Positions 46,898 to 62,056 of a stretch of DNA of 62,056 nt are shown piece after piece (positions within the stretch are counted from its first letter, which is position 1; each line of letters opens with the position of its first letter). The notes below the pieces were generated by a model that saw only the letters and a program-made list of their open reading frames with translations, had not been told where the DNA came from and searched no databases. The translations under genes and the position numbers were made by a program. Source of the DNA: Eledone cirrhosa (taxonomy: Eukaryota); the NCBI GenBank assembly GCA_964016885.1, contig CAXHJY010000809.1, positions 1 to 62,056 on the forward strand. The letters run 5' to 3'.

Positions 46898-47236
46898 TTC
46901 ATTTCATTTTCATTTTATGTCCGCCTTTTCCCTGCTTGCAAGGGTGGGACGGGAACTGATTCTGGCTTGATTTCTACAGCTGGATGCCCTTCCTAACACC
47001 AACCTCATTTACAGTGAGTGCTGGGTGCTTTTCTGCCGTGGCACCTCCACGACCACTTTGCAGTGGAATGATAGGGACCCCAGTCCCTATCATCTCATTT
47101 CTACAGCTGAGTAAACTGGAGCAATGTGAAATAAAGTGCCTTGCTCAAGGAAACAACACATCACCCGGTCTGAGAATTGAACTCATAACCTTTCGATTGC
47201 AAGGCCAATGCTCTAACCACTAAGCCATGTGCCTCC
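46898..47236 (-). mobile_element. tRNA-derived chimeric SINE, full-length copy
   Basis: Same family as 25011-25346 and 26227-26559. Confidence 0.9.
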
Positions 47237-47286
47237 TATATATATATATATATAATATATATACATATATATATATATATACATAT

Positions 47287-49503
47287 AATTCAAGCATGTT
47301 TTGCAACGTGAGGACCAGAAACAGGAGGTGTTCAAGATTGCGAGGCAGTGTGTCAGAGAGAATTGTGATGTCATTGGAGAGAAGTGTATCCAGAATGATA
47401 AAGGTGAGCTTGCCCTCACAAGTGCTGAGAAGAAAGATGCATGGAAGAGTCATTATGATAGATTACTAAATGAGGAGAATGCATGGGAAGAAGAGACCCT
47501 ACCCCAAGTAGACCCTATAGAGGGGCCAGCAGTACAAGTCAACAGCAGCGTAGTAAGTAAGGCAATCAAAGATATGAAGATGGGGAAGGCAACCGGTCCA
47601 TCGGATATAGCTGCCGAGATGCTGAAGGCATCTGGGTCTGTAGGTCACACTATAACCACACGTATCGTTAACCAGGTAATACTAGAAGGTGTCATACCAA
47701 AAGATTGGTGCAGTAGCATCATTGTCAACTGCTACAAAGGTAAAGGTGATGCACTCGATAGAGCAAACTATAGAGGTATAAAGCTGATGGACCAGGTCAT
47801 GAAAGTAACAGAAAGAGTCATAGCACAGTTGATTAGGGACCGGGATAAATTGGATGAGATACAATTTGGGTTTGTACCAGGAAGAGGCACCACTGATGCC
47901 CTCTTCCTTGTGAGGCAGTTACAGGAAAAGTACCTAGCTAAAAGTAAGCCACTCTACCTGGCATTCGTCGATCTCGAGATAGCCTTTGACAGAGTTCCAC
48001 ATGCTGTAATCTGTTGGGCTTTTAGAAAACTAGGAGTAGATGAATGGCTTGTGAAAGCTGTACAAGCCATGTATAGGGGAGCAGTCAGCAAAGTTGGGAT
48101 TAGCAATGAGTATAGTGAGGAATTTAGCTTACAGGTTGGGGTCCACCAGGGCTCTGTTCTTAGCCCTCTCCTGTTCATCATAGTCCTGCAGGCAATAACG
48201 GAGGAGTTTAAGACCGGATGCCCATGGGAACTCCTGTATGCAGATGACCTCGCACTTATAGCTGAATCTATGGTATAACTAGAGAATAAATTCCAAACTT
48301 GGAAGTAGGGACTAGAAAGAAAGGGTCTCAAAGTCAACATGACAAAGACTAAGGTCCTTGTAAGTAGACGAGAAAACAGAACCCAGATCCCCTCAGGGAA
48401 ATGGCCTTGCTCAGTATGTAGGAAAGGTGTAGGTAGGAACTCCATTCTCTGCCCCAAATGCAGACAATGGGTACACAAGAGATGTAGCGGGATCTCAGGA
48501 AGCTTAATTAAGAATGTAGGCTTCACATGCAGCAGCTGTACTGGGACAGCAAGCAGCCAACAGCCACAGGAAACAAGTACCACCAATCTCTGGGAGGGCT
48601 CTGTAGAGACAGTAGACAGTTTCTGCTACCTAGGTGACCGAATTAGGAGCAGAGGTGGGTGTTCAGAAAGTACAATAACTAGGCTGAGAACGGGATGGAA
48701 GAAGTTCAGGGAACTACTACCACTGCTAGCTGCAAAAGGCTTCTCCCTCAAAATGAAAGGCAGACTGTATGATGCGTGTATCCAAACAGCAATGTTACAT
48801 GGTAGTGAGACCTGGGCGCTGAAGGTGGAAGACTTACATAGATTAGAGAGAAACGAAGCCTGCATGCTCCGATGGATGTGTAACAGTAATATATGCAAGC
48901 GAAAAAGCATAAATGAATGGAAAGAGAGACTGAGCATAAGAGGAATCAAATGCTGTGTGCAGGAGAGGCGGATGCGTTGGTATGGACATGTGATGCGTAT
49001 GAAGGATGATAGCTGCATAAAAAGGTGCAGAGCACTAGAAGTCGATGGAAACCGCAGAGGGGGGAGACCCAAGATGACCTGGGATGAGGTGATAAAAGCC
49101 GACCTTACCCAATTACACCTCTCAAAGGCGATGACACACGACCGTGACCTCTGGCGTCAAGCAGTAATACAGAGTACCCGACCTCCCATGGGTACAAGCT
49201 GAAGCATATAGACAATATGCTCCCACACCCTCCCACTGCAAGGTGGTTGTGGACGTGCCACGGAAAAAAATCACCCAGCCCACACTGTAAAGTGGACGTT
49301 TAGGCGCCATGGAAAAAGCACCCAGCACTCACTGTAAATGAGGTTGGTGTTAGGAAGGGCATCCAGCTGTAGAAATCAAGCCAAATCAGTTCCTGTATGA
49401 GCAAGGCATGATCAGCCGACCAGACACTGCCCACAACAGGACAACTCGTCTAACCCATGCTAGCGTGGAAGAACGGAGGTAAAACTGTGATGATGATGAT
49501 GAT
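47287..49503 (+). mobile_element. RTE LINE family B, 5'-truncated, with stops
   Basis: ORFs 47301-48278 and 48339-49202; 3' UTR and (GAT)n tail. Confidence 0.93.
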
Positions 49504-49745
49504 ATATAAATATATATACATATAAATATATAATATATATACATATATAAATATATAATATATATACATATATAAATATATAATATATATACATATATAT
49601 ATATAATATATATACATATGTATATATATAAATATATAATATATATACATATATATATAAATATATAATATATATACATATATATATAAATATATAATAT
49701 ATATACATATATATATAAATATATAATATATATACATATATACAT

Positions 49746-50684
49746 ATCATCATCATCATCATCATCGACGTTTAACGTCCGTGTTCCACGCTTGCATGGG
49801 TTTGGACGGGGGTAGTCCCACTTGAGGCAAGAGTGGTTGTCTTGCTCGCATAGGACTGTCTGGCAGGTTTTCTACAGTTGGATGCCCTTCCTAACACCAA
49901 CCACATTTACAGTGTGGGTCTGGGAGGTTTTTACCGTGTTGCCTACACGGCCACATTACAGCGTGGACTGTGTTTTTTTTGTCGTGACACCTACACGATC
50001 TCATTTGTTTCGGCCTCAATGGCGCGGCACCAACATAACTTTACATAGAACGGGGTGGTGTGGATGGGGTGGGGGTGGTGGGGGTGGGACGGGGTGTATT
50101 TTGTTAGAGGTGCCTACTGGCTGGAGTAGGTTTTACTATATATTTAGGTAAGGCGGGTCTTCTCTGTTACTGAGTACCGCCAAAGGTCTCGGTCCAGTGA
50201 CATTGTCTTGGAGAGGTGTAAGTGTGTGATGTCCGGAGTTTATCAGCTCGTCCCAGGTTTTTCTAGGTCTGCCTATTCCGTGACTACCGTCTATCTTTAT
50301 TGCCCTGCACTTTGTTATACAGCTATCGACTTTCATGCGCATCACGTGTCCATACCAACGTAGCCTTCTCTCGAGTAAACAACATCTGATCCCTCTTATC
50401 TCTAATTTTTTCCTTAGTTCGTTTATGCTTTGCCGTTCACGTATATTACTGTTACACATCCAGCGGAGCATGCAAGCTTTGTTCCTCTCTAGTCTGCGTA
50501 TATCCTCTGCACACAATGCCCAGGTCTCACTGCCATGCAGCATTGCTGTTCGTATGCAGGCATCGTACAACCTGCATTTCATTTTTAGGGAGAACCCTTT
50601 AGCAGCTAATAGTGGTATAAGCTCTCTGAACTTTTTCCAGCCAGTTCTGACTCTAGCTACAGTACTTTCAGAGCACCCTCCCCC
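49746..50684 (-). mobile_element. RTE LINE family A, 5'-truncated
   Basis: Tail-to-tail with the B copy across a TA array; [15 protein letters not shown] onward. Confidence 0.93.
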
Positions 50685-52011
50685 TATATATACATATATA
50701 TATACATATATATATATAAATATATAATATATATACATATATACATATAAATATATACATATATATATATATAAATATATATACATATACATATATATAA
50801 ATATATATAAATATATATACATATACATATATATATATATAAATATATATAAATATATATACATATACATATATATATATATAAATATATATAGATATAC
50901 ATATACATATATATAAATATATATACATATATAAATATACATAAATATATATACATATATATATAATATATACACATATATATAATATATACACATATAT
51001 ATAATATATACACATATATATAATATATACACATATATATAATATATACACATATATATAATATATACACATATATATAATATATATACATATATACATA
51101 TATATACACATATATATACATATATACATATATATATTATATATATATATATTATATATATACATATATATATAATATAATATATATACATATATATATA
51201 ATATAATATATATACATATATATATAATATATATATACATATATATATAATATAATATATATACATATATATATAATATAATATATATACATATATATAT
51301 AATATAATATATATACATATATATATAATATAATATATATACATATATAATATATATACATATAATATATATATACATATAATATATATATATACATATA
51401 ATATATATATACATATATAATATATATACATATATAATATATATACATATATAATATATATACATATATAATATATATACATATATAATATATATACATA
51501 GGTAATATATATACATATATAATATATATACATAGGTAATATATATACATATATATATATATACATATATAATATATATACATATATAATATATATACAT
51601 ATATAATATATATACATATATAATATATATACATATATAATATATATACATATATAATATATATACATATATAATATATATACATATATAATATATATAC
51701 ATATATAATATATATACATATATAATATATATACATATATAATATATATACATATATAATATATATACATATATAATATATATACATATATAATATATAT
51801 ACATATATAATATATATACATATATAATATATATACATATATAATATATATATATATACATAGGTAATATATATACATATATAATATATATACATATATA
51901 ATATATATACATATATAATATATATACATATATAATATATATACATATATAATATATATAATATATATACATAGGTAATATATATACATAGGTAATATAT
52001 ATACATAGGTA

Positions 52012-52042
<31 letters not shown>

Positions 52043-52491
52043 GGAACAAGTAAGACCCCGACGGCTGAGCTCAAGCCGTTTCGACGGCTAATTCTGTACA
52101 GAATTACCCGTCGAAACGGCTTCTTGAGCTCAGCCGTCGGGGTCTTACTTGTTCCTATTACCCACTCTACTACCCTAAGTATTGAGTACTTTGGTGCGTT
52201 ATGGTCCACCTGGTTCCTTACCACATTTCCTTTGTTATACATACATATATACATATACATATATATACATATACATATACATATATATACATATACATAT
52301 ATATACATATACATATATATACATATACATATATATACATATATATATACATATATATATATACATATATATACATATATATATACATATTATATAATAT
52401 ATACAATATATATACATATATATATATACATATATATACATATATATACATATATATATACATATATATATATATATACATATATATATAC

Positions 52492-52523
<32 letters not shown>

Positions 52524-52527
52524 ATAC

Positions 52528-52560
<33 letters not shown>

Positions 52561-53266
52561 CATATATATATATACATATATATACATATATATACATATA
52601 TATATACATATATATACATATATATATATATACATATATATATACATATATATATACATATATATATATATACATATATATATACATATATAATATATAT
52701 ATACATATATATATAGATATATATATATATACATATATATACATATATATACATATATATATAGATATATATATATATACATATATATACATATATATAC
52801 ATATATATATAGATATATATATATATACATATATATACATATATATATATATACATATATATATACATATATATATATATACACATATATATACATATAT
52901 ATATATACATATATATACATATATATATATACATATATATACATATATATACATATATATATATACATATATACATATATATATATACATATATACATAT
53001 ATATACATATATATATATATACTATATATATACATATATATACATATATATATATACATTATATATATATACATATATATATACATATATATTATACATA
53101 TATATACATATATATATATATACATATATATATACATATATACATATATATATACATATATATATATATACATATATACATATATATATACATATATATA
53201 TATATACATATATATATACATATATATATACATATATATATATATATACATATATATATTATATAC

Positions 53267-53315
<49 letters not shown>

Positions 53316-53328
53316 CATATATATATAC

Positions 53329-53361
<33 letters not shown>

Positions 53362-53374
53362 CATATATATATAC

Positions 53375-53405
<31 letters not shown>

Positions 53406-53431
53406 CATATATATATAGCATATATATACAC

Positions 53432-53466
<35 letters not shown>

Positions 53467-53509
53467 CATATATACATATATATATATACATATATACATA
53501 TATATATAC

Positions 53510-53562
<53 letters not shown>

Positions 53563-53931
53563 CATATATATACATATATATATACATATATATATATATA
53601 CATATATATATACATATATATATATATACATATATATATACATATATATATATATACATATACATATATATATACATATATATATATATACACATATATA
53701 TATACATATATATATATATACATATACATATATATATACATATATATATATATACACATATATATATACATATATATATACACATATATATATACATACA
53801 TATATATATACATATATATATATATATACATATATATATACATACATATATATATACATATATATATACATATATATATATATACATACATATATATATA
53901 CATACATATATATATACATATATATATATGC

Positions 53932-53970
<39 letters not shown>

Positions 53971-53973
53971 TGC

Positions 53974-54062
<89 letters not shown>

Positions 54063-54169
54063 TATATACATATATATATATATACATATATATATACATA
54101 CATATATACATACATATATATATACATACATATATATATACATATATATATATATACATATATATATAC

Positions 54170-54200
<31 letters not shown>

Positions 54201-54213
54201 CATATATATATAC

Positions 54214-54276
<63 letters not shown>

Positions 54277-54337
54277 CATATATATATACATATATATATA
54301 CATATATATATATATACATATATATATACATATATAT

Positions 54338-54400
<63 letters not shown>

Positions 54401-54519
54401 CATATATATATATACATATATATATATACATATATATATATACATATATATACATATATATATATACATATATATATATATACATATATATATATACATA
54501 TATATATATACATATACAT

Positions 54520-54554
<35 letters not shown>

Positions 54555-54680
54555 TATATACATATATATATACATATATATACATATATATATATATACC
54601 TATATATATACATATATATACATATATATATATATACCTATATATATATACCTATATATATATACATATATATATATATA
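50685..54680. repeat. Degenerate (TA)n arrays flanking the island at 52041-52237
   Basis: Directly visible; includes a regular ~17-nt unit (ATATAATATATACAT-like) at ~51400-51950. Confidence 0.96.
52041..52237 (+). mobile_element. pLTR-like island: palindrome (52041-52157) of a hammerhead 3' half plus ~80-bp tail
   Basis: TAGGAACAAG...CTGTACAG...CTTGTTCCTA inverted repeat. Each arm has GAAA-CGGCT...AGCCG-TC. Tail contains TATTGAGTAC. Confidence 0.6.
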
Positions 54681-56045
54681 CATCATCATCATCATCAACG
54701 TTTAACGTCCGTGTTCCACGCTTGCATGGGTTTGGACGGGGGTAGTCCCACTTGAGGCAAGAGTGATTGTCTTGCTCGCATAGGACTGTCTGGCAGGTTT
54801 TCTACAGTTGGATGCCCTTCCTAACACCAACCACATTTACAGTGTGGGTCTGGGAGGTTTTTACCGTGTTGCCTACACGGCCACATTACAGCGTGGACTG
54901 TGTGTTTTTTTGTCGTGACACCTACACGATCTCATTTGTTTCGGCCTGGATGGCGCGGCACCAACATAACTTTACATAGGACGGGGTGGTGTGGATGGGT
55001 GGGGGTGGTGGCGGGACGGGGTGTATTTTGTTAGAGATGCCTACTGGCAAGGCGGGTCTTCTCTGTTACTGAGTACCGCCAAAGGCCTCGGTCCAGTGAC
55101 ATTGTCTTGGAGAGGTGTAAGTGTGTGAGGTCGGAGTTTATCAGTTCGTCCCAGGTTTTTCTAGGTCTGCCTATTCCGTGGCTACCGTCTATCTTTATCG
55201 CCCTGCACTTTGTTATACAGCTATCGTCTTTCATGCGCATCACGTGTCCATACCAACGTAGCCTTCTCTCGAGTAAACAACATCTGATCCCTCTTATCTC
55301 TAATTTTTTCCTTAGTTCGTTTATGCTTTGCCGTTCACGTATATTACTGTTACACATCCAGCGGAGCATGCAAGCTTCGTTCCTCTCTAGTCTGCGTATA
55401 TCCTCTGCACACAATGCCCAGGTCTCACTGCCATGCAACATTGCTGTTCGTATGCAGGCATCGTACAACCTGCCTTTCATTTTTAGGGAGAACCCTTTAG
55501 CAGCTAATAGTGGTATAAGTTCTCTGAACTTTTTCCAACCAGTTCTGACTCTAGCTACAGTACTTTCAGAGCACCCTCCCCCACTGCTGATTTTATCGCC
55601 CAGGTAATGGAAGCTGTCCACTATTTCTATAGAACCCTCTGCGCAATTGAAAGAGCTAGTATTTTGTGGGCACTTGCTGCTACTTATTGCACCAGAACAC
55701 CGGCCACATGTAAAATCTATGTTCTTAGTTAGCTTACCTGTGATCCCACTACATCTTTTATGCACCCATACTTTGCATTTAGGACATAAAATGGAGTTTC
55801 TACCTACGCCTTTCCTACACACCGAGCACGACCATTTCCCAGAAGGGACCGCCGCCTTGTTTTCTTTCCTACAAACTAGAGCTTTGGTCTTAGCCAGGTT
55901 AATTTTAAGTCCTTTTGACTCTAGGCCGTGCTTCCATGTTTGGAATTTCTTCTCTAGCTCGGCCATTGATTCCGCTATGAGTGTCAGGTCGTCTGCGTAT
56001 AGGAGTTCCCATGGGCAGCCTGTCTTGAACTCCTCTGTTATAGCC
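54681..56045 (-). mobile_element. RTE LINE family A, 5'-truncated
   Basis: ORF 55031-55966, 3' UTR and (CAT)n tail. Confidence 0.93.
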
Positions 56046-56077
<32 letters not shown>

Positions 56078-56087
56078 CATATATATA

Positions 56088-58340
56088 CTATCTCTGACAC
56101 ACTGCCTCGCAATCTTGAATACCTCCTGTTTCTGGTTTTACAACGTGAGGACCAGAAACAGGAGGTATTCAAGATTGCGAGGCAGTGTGTCAGAGATAGT
56201 TGTGATGTCATTGGAGAGAAGTGTATCCGGAATGATAAAGGTGAGCTTGCCCTCACAAGTGCTGAGAAGAAAGATGCATGGAAGAGTCATTATGATAGAT
56301 TACTAAATGAGGAGAATGCATGGGAAGAAGAGACCCTACCCCACGTAGACCCTATAGAGGGACCAGCAGTACAAGTCAGCGGCAGCGTAGTAAGTAAGGC
56401 AATCAGAGATATGAAGATAGGGAAGGCAACCGGTCCATCGGGTATAGCTGCCGAGATGCTGAAGGCATCTGGGTCTGTAGGTCACACTATAACCACACGT
56501 ATCGTTAACCAGGTAATACTAGAGGGGGCCATACCAAAAGATTGGTGCAGTAGCATCATTGTCAACTGCTACAAAGGTAAAGGCGATGCACTAGATAGAG
56601 GAAACTATAGAGGTATAAAGTTGATGGACCAGGTCATGAAAGTAACAGAAAGAGTTATAGCACAGCTGATTAGGGACCGGGTGAATATAGACGAGATGCA
56701 ATTTGGGTTTGTTCCAGGGAAAGGCACCACTGATGCGCTCTTCCTTGTGAGGCAATTACAGGAAAAGTACCTAGCTAAAAGTAAGCCACTCTACTTGGCA
56801 TTTGTCGACCTTGAGAAAGCCTTTGACAGAGTTCCACGTGCAGTAATCTGGTGGGCTCTTAGAAAACTAGGAGTAGATGAATGGCTTGTGAAAGCGGTAC
56901 AAGCCATGTATAGGGGAGCAGTCAGCAAAGTTAGGATTGGCAATGAGTATAGCGAGGAATTTAGCGTACAGGTTGGGGTCCACCAGGGCTCTGTTCTTAG
57001 CCCTCTCCTGTTCATCATAGTCCTGCAGGCAATAACGGAGGAGTTTAAGACCGGATGCCCATGGGAACTCCTGTATGCTGATGACCTCGCACTCATAGCT
57101 GAATCTATGGTAGAACTAGAGAATAAATTCCAAACCTGGAAGCAGGGACTAGAGAGAAAGGGCCTCAAAGTCAACATGACAAAGACTAAGGTCCTTATAA
57201 GTAGACGAGAAAACAGAACCCAGATCCCCTCAGGGAAATGGCCTTGCTCAGTATGTAGGAAAGGTGTAGGTAGGAACTCCATTCTTTGCCCCAAATGCAA
57301 ACAATGGGTACACAAGAGATGTAGCGGGATCTCAGGAAGCTTAATTAAGAATGTAGGATTCACATGCAGCAGCTGTGCTGAAACAGCAAGCAAACAGCCA
57401 CAGGAAACAAGTACCACCAATCTCTGGGAGGGCCCTGTAGAAACAGTAGACAGCTTCTGCTACCTAGGTGACCGAATTAGCAACGGAGGTGGGTGCTCAG
57501 AAAGTACAATAACTAGGGTAAGAACGGGATGGAAGAAGTTTAGGGAACTACTACCACTGCTAGCTGCAAAAGGCTTCTCCCTCAGAATGAAAGGCAGACT
57601 GTATGATGCGTGTATCCGAACAGCGATGTTGCATGGTAGTGAGACCTGGGCGCTGAAGGTGGAAGACTTACGTAGATTAGAGAGAAACGAAGCCTGCATG
57701 CTCCGATGGATGTGTAACAGTAATATACGTGAACGACAAAGCATAAATGAATTGAGAGAGAGACTGAGCATAAGAGGAATCAAATGCTGCGTGCAGGAGA
57801 GGCGGTTACGCTGGTATGGACATGTGATGCGTATGAAGGATGACAGCTGCATAAAAAGGTGCAGAGCACTAGAAGTTGATGGAAACCGCGGAGTGGGGAG
57901 ACCCAAGATGACTTGGGATGAGGTGATAAGAGCCGACCTTACCCAACTACACCTCTCAAAGTCAATGACACACGACCGTGACTTCTGGCGTCACGCAGTA
58001 ATACAGGGTACCCGACCTCCCATGGGTACATGCTGAAGCATATAAACAATATACCCCCCCCCCCCCACCGCAAGGTGGTCGTGGAGGTGCCACGGCAAAA
58101 AAGCACCCAGCCCACACTGTAAAGTGGACGTGTAGGCGCCACGAAAAAGCACCCAGCACTCACTGTAAATGAGGTTGGTGTTAGGAAGGGCATCCAGCTG
58201 TAGAAATCAAGCCAGATCAGTTCCTGTATGAGCAAGGCATGGTCAGCCGACCAGACACTGCCCACAACAGGACAACCCGTCTAACCCATGCTAGCGTGGA
58301 AGAACGGACGTAAAACGGTGATGATGATGATGATGATGAT
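56088..58340 (+). mobile_element. RTE LINE family B, 5'-truncated, with a 49-bp 5' fold-back; RT frame open (ORF 56411-58036)
   Basis: RT motifs intact; 56088-56136 is the reverse complement of 56151-56199; (GAT)n tail. Confidence 0.93.
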
Positions 58341-58697
58341 ATATATAATATATACATATATATATATATAATATATACATATATATATATATATAATATA
58401 TACATATATATATATACATATAAATATATATATAAAAATATATATATATATAAAAATATATATATATCTAATATATACATATATATATATATAAATATAT
58501 ACATATATAAAAATATATATATATCTAATATATACATATATATATATATAAATATATATATAAAAATATATATATATATCTAATATATACATATATATAT
58601 ATATAAATATATATATAAAAATATATATATATATCTAATATATACATATATATATATAATATACATATATATATAATATATATATAATACATATATA

Positions 58698-58737
<40 letters not shown>

Positions 58738-59569
58738 TATATATATAATATATATATAATACATATATAATACATACATAATACATATATAATACATACA
58801 TATATATATAATATATATAATATATACATATATATAATATATACATATATATATAATATATACATATATATAATATATATATAATACATACATATATATA
58901 ATATATATATAATACATACATATATATAATATATATATAATACATACATATATATATATATAATATATATATAATACATACATATATATATATATAATAT
59001 ATATATAATACATACATATATATATATATATATAATATATATATAATACATACATATATATATATATAATATATATATCATACATACATATATATATATA
59101 TTATATATATATATCATACATACATATATATATATATAATATATACATATATAATATATATATAATACATACATATATATATATATAATATATACATATA
59201 TATATAATATACATATATATATAATATACATATAATATACATATATATATATATATATAATATATTTTGCTCTGGTACTTTCATAGAGCACTCTTTACTC
59301 CTATGACCTTTTCAATTTTCAACGGAAACTTCAATACCTATATATATAATATATACATATAAATTATACATACATATATATATAATATATACATACATAT
59401 ATATATAATATATATATATAATATATATAATATATATATATAATATATATAATATATATATATAATATATATATATATATATACATAATATATATATATA
59501 TATACATAATATATATATATATATACATAATATATATATATATACATAATATATATATATATACATAAT
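58341..59569. repeat. Degenerate (TA)n array with a ~75-bp unique island at 59265-59338
   Basis: Directly visible. Confidence 0.95.
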
Positions 59570-62056
59570 ATCATCATCATCATCATCATCATCAACGTTT
59601 AACGTCCGTGTTCCACGCTTGCATGGGTTTGGACGGGGGTAGTCCCACTTGAGGCAAGAGTGATTGTCTTGCTCGCATAGGACTGTCTGGCAGGTTTTCT
59701 ACAGTTGGATGCCCTTCCTAACACCAACCACATTTACAGTGTGGGTCTGGGAGGTTTTTACCGTGTTGCCTACACGGCCACATTACAGCGTGGACTGTGT
59801 GTTTTTTTGTCGTGACACCTACACGATCTCATTTGTTTCGGCCCGGATGGCGCGGCACCAACATAACTTTACATAGGACGGGGTGGTGTGGATGGGGTGG
59901 GGGTGGTGGTGGTGGGACGGGGTGTATTTTGTTAGAGATGCCTACTGGCAAGGCGGGTCTTCTCTGTTACTGAGTACCGCCAAAGGTCTCGGTCCAGTGA
60001 CATTGTCTTGGAGAGGTGTAAGTGTGTGAGGTCGGAGTTTATCAGCTCGTCCCAGGTTTTTCTAGGTCTGCCTATTCCGTGGCTACCGTCTATCTTTATT
60101 GCCCTGCACTTTGTTATACAGCTATCGACTTTCATGCGCATCACGTGTCCATACCAACGTAGCCTTCTCTCGAGTAAACAACATCTGATCCCTCTTATCT
60201 CTAATTTTTTCCTTAGTTCGTTTATGCTTTGCCGTTCACGTATATTACTGTTACACATCCAGCGGAGCATGCAAGCTTCGTTCCTCTCTAGTCTGCGTAT
60301 ATCCTCTGCACACAATGCCCAGGTCTCACTGCCATGCAACATTGCTGTTCGTATGCAGGCATCGTACAACCTGCCTTTCATTTTTAGGGAGAACCCTTTA
60401 GCAGCTAATAGTGGTATAAGCTCTCTGAACTTTTTCAACCAGTTCTGACTCTAGCTACAGTACTTTCAGAGCACCCTCCCCCACTGCTGATTTTATCGCC
60501 CAGGTAACGGAAGCTGTCCACTATTTCTATAGAACCCTCTGCGCAATTGAAAGAGCTAGTATTGTGTGGGCACTTGCTGCTACTTATTGCACCAGAACAC
60601 CGGCCACATGTAAAATCTATGTTCTTAGTTAGCTTACCTGTGATCCCACTACATCTTTTATGCACCCATACTTTGCATTTAGGACACAAAATGGAGTTTC
60701 TACCTACGCCTTTCCTACACACCGAGCACGACCATTTCCCAGAAGGGACCGCCGCCTTGTTTTCTTTCCTACAAACTAGAACTTTGGTCTTAGCCAGGTT
60801 AATTTTAAGTCCTTTTGACTCTAGGCCGTGCTTCCATGTTTGGAATTTCTTCTCTAGCTCGGCCATTGATTCCGCTATGAGTGTCAGGTCGTCTGCGTAT
60901 AGGAGTTCCCATGGGCAGCCTGTCTTGAACTCCTCTGTTATAGCCTGAAGGGCAATAATAAATAGTAGGGGGCTGAGAACAGAGCCCTGATGGACGCCAA
61001 CTTTTACGCTAAACTCTTCACTATATTCGTTGTTAATTCTAACCTTGCTGACTGTTTCTTTATACATGGCTTGTATAGCCCTCACAAGCCATTCGTCAAC
61101 GCCTAGTTTTCTAAGAGCCCACCAGATAATGGAGCGGGGGACTCTGTCGAAGGCTTTCTCCAAGTCGACAAAAGCTAAGTAGAGGGGTTTACCTTTAGCT
61201 AGGTACTTCTCCTGTAGTTGTCGTACTATGAAAAGAGCGTCTGTGGTACTTTTGCCTGACACAAACCCGAACTGCATTTCATCTAGGTCAATTCTCTCTC
61301 TGATTAGTTGCGCTATTACTTTTTCTGTGACCTTCATGACCTGGTCGATTAATTTAATGCCTCTATAGTTACTCCTATCTAGGGCGTCTCCTTTACCCTT
61401 ATAACAGTTAACGATGATGCTGCTATGCCAGTCCTTCGGAACAGCCCCATTCTGTACGACTTGGTTAACTATGCGGGTGACCATGGTGTGTCCCACCGTG
61501 CCAGATGCCTTCAGCATCTCAGCAACTATTTCCGAAGGCCCAGCCGCCTTACCTGTCTTCATATCCTTGATTGCCTTACTTATTATACTCCCCTCGACTA
61601 ACACTGCTGGTCCCTCTATTGGGTCGACATGGGGGAGACTGTCTTTCTCCCATTTATTCTCCTCATTTAGTAGCCTTTCATAGTGACACTTCAAGCTGCC
61701 TTCTTATCAGTGTCGGTGATGGCAAGTATGCCATCATCGTTAAGTACACACTTCTCCCCGACAATATCACGGTTTTCCTTGACGCATTGCCTAGCAATCC
61801 TGAACACCTCACGTTTTTGGTCATCGCGTTGTAGGACATGCTTGAACTTTCTTTCCTCAGCTTCCCTTCTTGCTAAGTACACTTCTCTCCTAGCTTCCCT
61901 CCTGGCCACTTGATAGTCTACTCTACTTCCCCCATCCCGCCATACTTTCCAAGCCTGCTTTTTGGCCTTAATTGACTCCTCCACCTTACTGTTCCACCAC
62001 CATGTTACTCTCCTCCTGCCTACAGGCCTGCTCCAGCCACAGACTTCGTCTGTGGC
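59570..62056 (-). mobile_element. RTE LINE family A, frameshifted, runs off the window end
   Basis: ORFs 61691-61984, 60435-61694 and 59932-60438; 3' UTR and (CAT)n tail. Confidence 0.93.

Overview
Eukaryotic, repeat-saturated window with no recognisable host gene. It is probably cephalopod (Octopus-like), an inference from the SINE/LINE types and the (TA)n richness. Roughly 40% is degenerate (TA)n microsatellite, which produces all the Ile/Tyr-rich ORFs. These arrays are crowded with retroelements. (i) Three related RTE-clade LINE families (my labels A, B, C) have (GAT)n tails, and their tails abut AT/ATAT target sequence. One family C copy is intact (1022-aa APE endonuclease + RT ORF, 16938-20006). 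Its ends are defined by nesting in a family A copy, which reveals a ~1.64-kb leader and (TA) repeats at the 5' junction that the target did not have. All three families carry a PHD-like C4HC3 finger inside the RT. (ii) A tRNA-derived SINE has a body from the family B 3' UTR and a tail from family C. (iii) There is a decayed Penelope-like element (RT + GIY-YIG) and about ten type-I hammerhead ribozyme motifs (intact, degenerate or half) in short pLTR-like elements, several as fold-back palindromes (the largest ~900 bp). (iv) There is a Helitron helicase remnant with its 3' CTAG end. Working hypothesis: a self-reinforcing system in which retroelements target TA repeats and may also seed them. 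Coordinates were read by eye (a few bases of error possible) and no database searches were run.
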